The position numbers and the translations under genes were made by a program. A stretch of DNA of 64,000 nucleotides from Cyanobacteria bacterium auto_48_18 (lineage in GTDB: Bacteria; Cyanobacteriota; Vampirovibrionia; Obscuribacterales; Obscuribacteraceae). The notes beneath the pieces were generated by a model. That model did no database searches. It saw only the letters and a list, made by a program, of their open reading frames with translations, and was not told the origin of the DNA. Position 1 is the stretch's first letter. Every line of letters starts with the position of its first letter. This document shows, piece after piece, positions 56,887 to 64,000 of the stretch. Location of the stretch: positions 160,001-224,000 of the forward strand of contig JAVHQC010000006.1 in the NCBI GenBank assembly GCA_036170915.1. Direction: 5' to 3'.

Positions 56887-57124
56887 CAAAAAAGAAAGTT
56901 CCCGCTTGATAACTAAATTTCAGGGTTAATTGGAAGTTTAGCGGGCATAAGAAATGCAGAGAAACTAATGCCGTTCCAAGCGAACGCAGCAAAAGGATTC
57001 TTAGAACAGCAGACAAAGCAACGGCCCCAGCCGAGGGTCTTGTTTCCAACTGCCCCTATTTTAAAAGTACTTTTTCCAATCTATATCTTCCTGGCTTACA
57101 AAATCTGGTTATAAGGTGAACAGA

Positions 57125-57382
57125 ATGAACGCTAAAGTGGACAAACTTCAGAACTACACAGTAATTGCTCGTCTCGATGATGCTATTCCTCTAAATACTG
57201 AAGAGTGGCTCGCCACCGAACGCTTGCTCAACCAAGTAAGTGAGTTCGTGCCCATGTCGATGCTCAATGCTTTGACTGAATCAATCATCAATTATGCTGA
57301 TGATCAGGCTCGTCGAGGCTACATACTGGGTCAAGAAGATCTGGTCAATGAGTTGAAGAAAAAAGCTTCCAAAATCGCCTGA
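57125..57382 (+). CDS. Small helical hypothetical protein
   Basis: AAGGTG SD; followed by a strong hairpin. Confidence 0.7.
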   Translation: MNAKVDKLQNYTVIARLDDAIPLNTEEWLATERLLNQVSEFVPMSMLNALTESIINYADDQARRGYILGQEDLVNELKKKASKIA

Positions 57383-57406
57383 ACACTTAGTCTGAAGATA
57401 TAGATG

Positions 57407-57449
57407 TTGCCCGCCACTTTCATTACGAAAGGGGTGGGCAATTGATTTT
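57407..57449 (+). terminator. Probable intrinsic terminator
   Basis: TTGCCCGCCACTTTC-ATTAC-GAAAGGGGTGGGCAA followed by TTGATTTT. Confidence 0.6.
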
Positions 57450-58205
57450 ATGTTCTATAATCAAGTGGTGAAAATTAAAAAGCATAAGCGCTCATTTGAG
57501 GGCCACGGAGAACATTTGCAGAGTACACAAAGTACACAGACTACAAAGATTACGCAGAGTACCCAGATTACACAGGCTACGCAGAGTACTCAGAGCCAGC
57601 AAAGTTTTCGCGTACGCAGCTGGACAACCATTGGTCGAGAAAAAATCGCCGACTGCAGAGTGTTTTCCGTACATAAACAAGTTTCTATTCGCACCACTGG
57701 TGATAGCAGCGAAACTCACGACTTTTTCGTTTTTAGACCTAACGACTGGGTCAATGTCATTCCAGTAACCAGCGATTATCAAGTCGTTATGATTGAACAA
57801 TTTCGTCATGGCATTGAGCAGATTACTCTCGAGATACCAGGTGGCATGATTGATTTAGAAGAGACGTCAGCCATTGCCGGGCGACGCGAGCTTCTCGAAG
57901 AAACCGGTTACTGTGGCAACGATTTGATCTTCTTGGGCCGCAACCATCCTAATCCGGCAATTCAAAGCAATATTTGCGATACTTTTTTATCGCTCAATGT
58001 TGAGCAGATTCAAGTGCCGATTTTCACTAGCACTGAAGAAGTGGCCATCAGGCTGATTCCAATCAAGAATATCCCGGCCTTGATCAAATCAGGTTTGATC
58101 ACCCATGCCCTGGTGATTGTTGCTTTCCATTATTTGCAACAATTTTGCCTGGAAAATAGCTCTGTGGAAGGTCTAGATGTAGACAGGCTCAATCCGTTTT
58201 CTTAA
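57450..58205 (+). CDS. NUDIX hydrolase (ADP-ribose pyrophosphatase-like); start uncertain
   Basis: Nudix box GGMID...AGRRELLEETG; QFRH, LEIPGG. Confidence 0.88.
   Translation: MFYNQVVKIKKHKRSFEGHGEHLQSTQSTQTTKITQSTQITQATQSTQSQQSFRVRSWTTIGREKIADCRVFSVHKQVSIRTTGDSSETHDFFVFRPNDWVNVIPVTSDYQVVMIEQFRHGIEQITLEIPGGMIDLEETSAIAGRRELLEETGYCGNDLIFLGRNHPNPAIQSNICDTFLSLNVEQIQVPIFTSTEEVAIRLIPIKNIPALIKSGLITHALVIVAFHYLQQFCLENSSVEGLDVDRLNPFS
57519..57605 (+). repeat. Degenerate 9-bp tandem repeat (Q-x-T tripeptides)
   Basis: cagagtaca caaagtaca cagactaca aagattacg cagagtacc cagattaca caggctacg cagagtact... Confidence 0.75.
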
Positions 58206-58222
58206 ATTTGGTTGGCACTAAT

Positions 58223-59503
58223 TTAGCGCACGTAAGCCATGGGATTGTTTGGTTTGCCGTTAACTCGCACTTCAAAGTGTAAGTGTGGTCCGGTAGAAAA
58301 TCCGGTGGTGCCTTCGTAAGCGATGACGTCACCTTTGCTGACATTGTCACCGGCACTGACGGCGGCGCGCGATAAGTGAGCGTAAAGTGTAGCCATGCTG
58401 TTGCCGTGGCTGATGATTACTACTTTTCCGTAGCCGCCATACCAGCCTGTATAAAGCACGTTGCCACCATCTGCGGCGTGAATAGCAGAGCGGTTCGGGC
58501 CAGCCAGGTCAACTCCTGAGTGGAATTTGCGCACACCGAAAATGGGGTGTTTGCGCCAGCCGAAAGGTGAAGTAACAGGTGCTCTCAACGGCATGCACAT
58601 GCTGCCGGAGCCTACCGTAATAGGTCCACCTTTTTTGCGATTGGAGCTCTCCATGACAAAAATTTGCTTTTCCAGGCGGGCTGATTCGTTTGCCAGCTCG
58701 CGCTCAGCCTGCTCGTAGAAGGCGCGTTGACTGCGCAAACGCTCGGCTGTCTGTTGCTGGGTTAGTTTTTCTTTGGCGATGGCCATGGCTCTTTCTGCTA
58801 TCTGTGAAACCATCTCAGAGAGCATATTTTTTTGAGCGCCGAGCTGCTGCTTATTGGCTGACAATACAGATTCGCGCAATCGCAACTCGTCTATCAATTT
58901 TTTGTCTTGTTCGGCAACTCGTTCTTGATAGTACATACGATCCAAAAGCGATTGCAGATTATCGACCTGGAAAAGCATCTCGACAAAGCTCAGTCTGTTG
59001 CCTTCATAAATTTCACGTAGACGCGAAGCGGCTGAGTCTTTCAGACCTTCTTCTTTTGTCTTGACCGTGGTCAATTTGGCTTGAGTTTCAACAAGCTTAC
59101 TTTCGGTGTGGCTGACTTGATTTTTTGTGTTAGTGAGCTTGCCGGTGGTGGCAGTTAGTTCTCGTTGAATAACGCCTAACTTCTCATAGGCTTTCTTTTC
59201 ATTCTTGCGGATGGCTTGAGCTTTGTTGTGATACTCGCGCTTCTCTTTCTCGAGCTTGTTCTTCTCTTGCTGCAAAAGACGCCTTTTGGCGTCTGAAGAA
59301 TTGCTGCTCTCGTAAGCGACAACAGTGCTGGCAGAGTGATTTAAGTTTGTACGTACGTCTGCGGCAACCGCGGCTGACATAATAAAGGATAGCGATACTG
59401 CCAGTAGTGCAGCATTTTTACAGAGTTTTTGATTTCCGCCGGGCTGGGCCGGTGCACTGTTCGCCGCTATCGGGAGGCTCTGATATTGGACTTTGTTAGA
59501 CAT
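58223..59503 (-). CDS. Coiled-coil + M23 peptidase (EnvC-like architecture, Zn ligands intact)
   Basis: HSGVD and HLH motifs, GYG, YAH; start uncertain (59503 or 59548). Confidence 0.9.
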   Translation of the reverse strand: MSNKVQYQSLPIAANSAPAQPGGNQKLCKNAALLAVSLSFIMSAAVAADVRTNLNHSASTVVAYESSNSSDAKRRLLQQEKNKLEKEKREYHNKAQAIRKNEKKAYEKLGVIQRELTATTGKLTNTKNQVSHTESKLVETQAKLTTVKTKEEGLKDSAASRLREIYEGNRLSFVEMLFQVDNLQSLLDRMYYQERVAEQDKKLIDELRLRESVLSANKQQLGAQKNMLSEMVSQIAERAMAIAKEKLTQQQTAERLRSQRAFYEQAERELANESARLEKQIFVMESSNRKKGGPITVGSGSMCMPLRAPVTSPFGWRKHPIFGVRKFHSGVDLAGPNRSAIHAADGGNVLYTGWYGGYGKVVIISHGNSMATLYAHLSRAAVSAGDNVSKGDVIAYEGTTGFSTGPHLHFEVRVNGKPNNPMAYVR

Positions 59504-59848
59504 ATGCTTCCGTGGTTTAGGGAACGCTGTCGCTGAAGGCGCTGGCAATTATTTCAACCGACGTGCAGTCTACCATTGAAAACCTGACGAGGCAAAGCTC
59601 CCTCAATGTGGTTTTATTCGATACGCGCGAGATATGCCTCTAATTAGCTATAATTTGGGCAGTGCTGCTGCTTAAGGCAGGCACGCGGGCTGTCAAGGGT
59701 CCAGGTGCGCCTACACAGGGCGTTTACGAAAGCTTCAAACTTCGTTCTATTTCTAAACAAGTTGTCACATGTTGTCATATAGTTATCAATGTTGAATGCA
59801 ACGATTCTGGCACCATCTATAAATCCCCTCTAATGCTGAGCAAATAAA

Positions 59849-61297
59849 ATGTTGAAAGAGATTGTCAAATATCCGCTATCTATAAAAGGTTATGAGGGCG
59901 GTGAATTTTCAGAAGTGAAAAGCCCGTTTAGTGGGGAAGTGGTGGCAGTGGTCGGTCAGGCCGATGAAAAGGCTATAGACGCGGCCATCACCAGGGCTAA
60001 AGAAACTTTCGAAACTGTCATGAAAAAGATGCCTGCTTACACGCGCTCTGAAATATTGGCAAAAACATCTCAGCTTATTCTGGCCAATATTGAAGACATG
60101 GCCCAGACAATTGCTCTTGAAGGTGGCAAGCCAATTAAAGATGCAAGGGTCGAAGTCAGTCGGGCTGCTAATACTTTTGCCATTGCTAGCCGTGAAGCCT
60201 TGCGTTTAGATGGCGAGCAATTGCAGATGGACACCAATGTCGGCAACGAATCACGCATCGGTATGATTTTACGTGAGCCCATTGGTGTGGTGGCGGCGGT
60301 GACACCATTCAATTTCCCTCTCAATTTGGTGGCGCACAAGTTGGCACCAGCAATTGCTGCAGGCAACACTATTGTTTTGAAACCGTCATCGCAAACTCCA
60401 GTATCGAGCTTTAAGTTGGCTGAGCTTTTAAAACAGGCTGGGCTGCCTGATGGGGCCCTGATTGTCACTCCTTGTCGCGGCTCTAAAGGCAACGCTCTTG
60501 TGCGAGACAGTCGCATCGCTTTGCTGACTTTCACTGGTTCGCAAGAAGTGGGCTGGCGCTTGCGTGGTGAAGTGCACGCCGGTGTGCGAGTAATTCTCGA
60601 ATTGGGTGGCAATGCCGGTATTGTGGTGCACTCTGACGCCGATATTGAAGCGGCAGCCCGTGCGGCTTGTCGTGGTGGGTACGCACATGCCGGACAAATT
60701 TGTATCTCAGTTCAGCGCGTTTATGTGCAAAGCAGTGCATACGATAAATTCTTAGCCAAATTCAAAGAACTGACCGAAGCCTTAAAAGTTGGCGACCCCA
60801 TGGATGACGGTACAGACGTAGGACCATTGATAGATAGCGGGTCAGTCGATAAAACTATTGAATGGGTAGAAGAAGCGGTCAAGGCTGGTGCTAAGCTCGT
60901 TAGCGGCGGCAAGAAATGCGGCAACAATGTGGTTGAACCTGTAATTTTGACTGAAACCAAAAGGGGCATGTCAGTAATTTCAGAAGAAGTTTTCGGGCCC
61001 ATCGTCAGTGTGATGAAATATGACACTGTAGATGATGCTATCGCGGCCTGTAACGATGCCAGGTATGGTCTTCAGGCCGGCATCTTCACAGCCAATGTAG
61101 ATGTCGCCTTTAAACTTGCCCGCGGTATCGATGCCGGTGGCGTAATGGTCAACGATGCACCGACTTTCAGAGCAGATCATATGCCTTATGGTGGACGCAA
61201 AGAGTCAGGTTTAGGTTTAGAGGGAATTCGTTACGCCTTAACTGAAATGACCCAACCTAAGTTTATCTGTCTAAATCTCAATCCTAATGTTCAATAA
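59849..61297 (+). CDS. Aldehyde dehydrogenase family protein
   Basis: PFNFP, FTGS, LELGG (catalytic Glu), GQICIS (catalytic Cys), EEVFGP, PYGGRKESG. Confidence 0.93.
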   Translation: MLKEIVKYPLSIKGYEGGEFSEVKSPFSGEVVAVVGQADEKAIDAAITRAKETFETVMKKMPAYTRSEILAKTSQLILANIEDMAQTIALEGGKPIKDARVEVSRAANTFAIASREALRLDGEQLQMDTNVGNESRIGMILREPIGVVAAVTPFNFPLNLVAHKLAPAIAAGNTIVLKPSSQTPVSSFKLAELLKQAGLPDGALIVTPCRGSKGNALVRDSRIALLTFTGSQEVGWRLRGEVHAGVRVILELGGNAGIVVHSDADIEAAARAACRGGYAHAGQICISVQRVYVQSSAYDKFLAKFKELTEALKVGDPMDDGTDVGPLIDSGSVDKTIEWVEEAVKAGAKLVSGGKKCGNNVVEPVILTETKRGMSVISEEVFGPIVSVMKYDTVDDAIAACNDARYGLQAGIFTANVDVAFKLARGIDAGGVMVNDAPTFRADHMPYGGRKESGLGLEGIRYALTEMTQPKFICLNLNPNVQ

Positions 61298-61303
61298 GGG
61301 CAA

Positions 61304-62086
61304 ATGAAAATTCGGGAGTCCTTTCAAGAACGCATTCAGTCAATCGACGGCGCTCTTGTGGTGTCTTGTCAGGCCAGTAGCGGAGAGCCGCTCAATCGGC
61401 CTGAGCATATTTTGGCTATGTCTCTTTCTGCCATCAATGGTGGTGCCAGAGCACTGCGTTTGGAAGGTGTGGAAAATGTGCGTTATGTGCGAGCTGCCGC
61501 AAAGGAGCTATTCTCTGGGCACCTACCACTGGTTGGTTTAACAAAATCTGAAATTCCAGCCGCCGACAAATTGACCTCTGTATACATCACCGCTAGTTTT
61601 GATGAGGCCCGCGCCCTCGCTGATGCCGGCGCCGATTTTATCGCCCTTGATGCCACCGCTCGCAAGCGCGCTGACAACCAGACTTTGGCTGAAACTATTG
61701 CACGCATTCACACAGAGCTAAACCTCCCTGTATGGGCCGATTGCGCTACTTTTGGAGAGGGCATCGCCGCCGGTGAAGCCGGAGCCGATCTTATTTCAAC
61801 AACGCTTTTTGGTTACACTCAAGAAACCGAACTGCCGAAAGAACACGGTCCAGGAATGGACTTATTGAAAGAATTTGTAGACCATCTAAATGTGCCTGTG
61901 ATTCTTGAAGGACGAGTGTGGACCCCCGAAGAGTTGACCATCGCATTTGAAATTGGTGCCTACGCAGTGGTGGTGGGTTCGGCCATCACGAGACCACAGC
62001 TGATTACAGAGCGTTTTGTTAAAGCGATTCCATCAAGGCGCGCTAGAATGCCCGCTTTCAAGGCTATTGCCGCGTCGGTCCAATGA
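61304..62086 (+). CDS. nanE: N-acetylmannosamine-6-phosphate 2-epimerase
   Basis: LVVSCQA, VYIT, IALDAT, TTLFGYT, EGR, VVVGSAITRP. Confidence 0.9.
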   Translation: MKIRESFQERIQSIDGALVVSCQASSGEPLNRPEHILAMSLSAINGGARALRLEGVENVRYVRAAAKELFSGHLPLVGLTKSEIPAADKLTSVYITASFDEARALADAGADFIALDATARKRADNQTLAETIARIHTELNLPVWADCATFGEGIAAGEAGADLISTTLFGYTQETELPKEHGPGMDLLKEFVDHLNVPVILEGRVWTPEELTIAFEIGAYAVVVGSAITRPQLITERFVKAIPSRRARMPAFKAIAASVQ

Positions 62087-63714
62087 GCCTGCACGAATAT
62101 TACAGCTTGCTGCCACTGATCATCCTTACCGGTATATCGCTGGGTGTGCGATCAATGGCCCCCTTTGCCTGGGGCAAGGGATTGATTTCTCAATGCTTGC
62201 TCGTACTTATGGCTGTGGCCTATGGCATTTTGCTGCACAATATTTATGTCGCTCAAATTGCCGGCTGGTTTCTTTTTCTACTTTTTCATGTGCCAGCCTG
62301 GTATGTCTTCGGTCAAGTGAAGCGTTCCATGAGTCGTATGGATACGGACGAAATGACGAGGTGGAGCAGGCTTCTACCCTATGTATTTTGGGGAGTGCCT
62401 GGTCAGTTTTGGAAGGATATGGTCAATGCCTATATTGCCTTTTCAGGTGAGGATGCCACCGCCGGCGAAGCGCTGGTAGACAAATGGCAAAATTATAAAG
62501 ATCTACCTGCTGGGCTTCGAGATGTGCCTATTCAATACAGGTTAATGGGCAATTCAATTTGCTGGCACTGGCAAAGTGTTGTAGACGACTTTGAGGGTTT
62601 GCGTTTTGGGGCCCGCAAGGCCTCGCCCCTGCTCTATTTTTCTGCATCGCGCGCTTACATTGAACTCGGCCTCTTTCAAAAGGCTGCAGAATGCTTGCGG
62701 CAGTCACGCTTTGATGAATCAATTACGCCACTTGATTTTTTAGCCAATGCTCTTTTGCCATTCTTTGCTTTGTGTGGCTCGCGCACTCACGTCAACCAGT
62801 TGTTGGCAATCACTGCGGAGACCAAAGCAGCCCTGCCGGAGGCATTGTCGCTTTACTGGACCGGACGCTGCTTGCAGAAAGAAGGCGAAATCGCTCAGGC
62901 TCAGGCGGCCTTTGAGCAAGCACTGAATAAAACAGAAGTACCAATTTTGCGCAAGCGCTTGAACTTTGCTCTGTCAGGCCAGCCCAGTCAGGCTATGGCT
63001 TTCAGCCCTGAAGAATGCCGTGCTGAAGTAAAAGACATCTGGGCGCATTTTCAGCGCGGGGCTTTCATTCAAGAAATTCTTGCACCACGTCGCAGTTCAC
63101 CGGTAGTCAACGCTATCTTGTTTGCCAACATCGCTGTCTTTTTGCTTTCCAATCCTCAGAACTATTTGCAGCTGTCCAGCAGTTTTGGTCAGTTTATATT
63201 TGAAAACGGCCTGTTGTCCGACGCGGTAATTAAACAAGGACAGTTTTGGCGGCTGCTCACCTATATGTTTTTGCACAGTTCGATTATTCACCTGGGTGTT
63301 AACATGCTCGGTCTTCATGCATTTGGCCGCATCACAGAAAATATTTTTGGTACCAACAGATTTCTAGCCATTTATTTTGTTGGTGGTATTTTGTCAGGAT
63401 TGGCTCACTTATTTCTAAGCCCCGGCATTCCAGCTGTAGGCGCATCAGGAGCGATTCTTGCCATATTTGGTGCTGTAGCTGTTGGCATTTATAAACTGAA
63501 AGCCATATTGCCTGGCTCTTTGCGTGAGCGCTATTTGATTTTCATGGCGGTGATTGCACTTTCGCAACTAGTAATGGATCGCTTTCTTCCACACATTGCA
63601 GTTTTCGCTCATCTTGGCGGACTGATTGGTGGTATCGCATTAGGTGTGATAACGTCTATTCGCACACCATCTAAAGAAGCCATTGACGGAACGCAGAAAT
63701 TTATTGGCGGCTAA
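62083..63714 (+). CDS. Rhomboid intramembrane serine protease with N-terminal TM + TPR-like region
   Basis: WRLLT, HLGVNM, GASG, AHLGG. Confidence 0.88.
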   Translation: MSLHEYYSLLPLIILTGISLGVRSMAPFAWGKGLISQCLLVLMAVAYGILLHNIYVAQIAGWFLFLLFHVPAWYVFGQVKRSMSRMDTDEMTRWSRLLPYVFWGVPGQFWKDMVNAYIAFSGEDATAGEALVDKWQNYKDLPAGLRDVPIQYRLMGNSICWHWQSVVDDFEGLRFGARKASPLLYFSASRAYIELGLFQKAAECLRQSRFDESITPLDFLANALLPFFALCGSRTHVNQLLAITAETKAALPEALSLYWTGRCLQKEGEIAQAQAAFEQALNKTEVPILRKRLNFALSGQPSQAMAFSPEECRAEVKDIWAHFQRGAFIQEILAPRRSSPVVNAILFANIAVFLLSNPQNYLQLSSSFGQFIFENGLLSDAVIKQGQFWRLLTYMFLHSSIIHLGVNMLGLHAFGRITENIFGTNRFLAIYFVGGILSGLAHLFLSPGIPAVGASGAILAIFGAVAVGIYKLKAILPGSLRERYLIFMAVIALSQLVMDRFLPHIAVFAHLGGLIGGIALGVITSIRTPSKEAIDGTQKFIGG

Positions 63715-64000
63715 TCAGTCGTTTTCACTCGCTTGCCCATCGCTTAACCACTGCCAGGCGCCCAGGCCTGCTCGCTTGCCTGTGGCAAAGCAACCGGTGA
63801 GCAAATAGCCGCCGGTAGGTGCTTCCCAATCGATCATTTCTCCGGCGACGAAAACACCAGGCAAATTTTTGATCATCAAGTTGTCGTCGAGTGCGTTGAA
63901 GCACACACCACCAGCGGTGCTGATCGCTTCTGCCAAAGGTCGCGTTGAGCGCACGGTTACTGGTAGAGCTTTGATAAATTTAGCTAGAGTTGGTGCATCG
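63715..64000 (-). CDS. C-terminal part of HI0933/BaiN-like flavoprotein (truncated by window edge)
   Basis: AISTAGGV, GEMIDWEAPTGGYLL. Confidence 0.85.
   Translation of the reverse strand, partial: DAPTLAKFIKALPVTVRSTRPLAEAISTAGGVCFNALDDNLMIKNLPGVFVAGEMIDWEAPTGGYLLTGCFATGKRAGLGAWQWLSDGQASEND

Noticed and set aside
58223..59503. Calling this envC
   Set aside because: EnvC has a degenerate M23 site; here HxxxD and HxH are intact
1..64000. Mobile elements, prophage, tRNA/rRNA or known anti-phage defence genes
   Set aside because: No integrase, transposase, phage structural, nuclease/ATPase defence motifs or tRNA cloverleaf recognised by eye; tRNAscan, DefenseFinder and ISEScan would be needed to exclude them

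Overview
Gene-dense 64 kb bacterial chromosomal window with about 58 CDS. I found no rRNA, tRNA, CRISPR array, integrase or transposase. Gene content and style suggest a non-photosynthetic relative of Cyanobacteria (Melainabacteria/Vampirovibrionia, possibly Obscuribacterales): zwf-opcA, glyA followed by a MraY/WecA-family gene, cyanobacterial-type CtpA, ACT-domain malic enzyme, a loop-less CC-adding-type tRNA nucleotidyltransferase, and no photosynthesis genes. That placement is inference only. Main blocks: (1) ADH/SCP2/PfkB; (2) selD-yedF; (3) zwf-opcA-pgl-gnd-recO-glyA; (4) a surface glycosylation block (WecA-like, two GT-C-like membrane proteins, GtrB-like GT2, DprE1-like oxidase); (5) a rearranged Wsp-like chemosensory cluster with no diguanylate cyclase, but with two PAS-REC proteins whose C-terminal Hpt-like domains lack the phospho-acceptor His; (6) a CDP-3,6-dideoxyhexose cluster; (7) malic enzyme and Tat-exported SOD-family protein; (8) the most novel-looking locus (44.0-51.5 kb), a sigma70-like protein fused to three ComEA-type helix-hairpin-helix units, followed by a DUF1822-like partner, a zinc-ribbon membrane protein and a zinc-ribbon Ser/Thr kinase, divergent from a cytoplasmic-trypsin/TM/DUF4384-like protein; (9) housekeeping and envelope genes. 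All family calls come from motif recognition by eye, not database searches.
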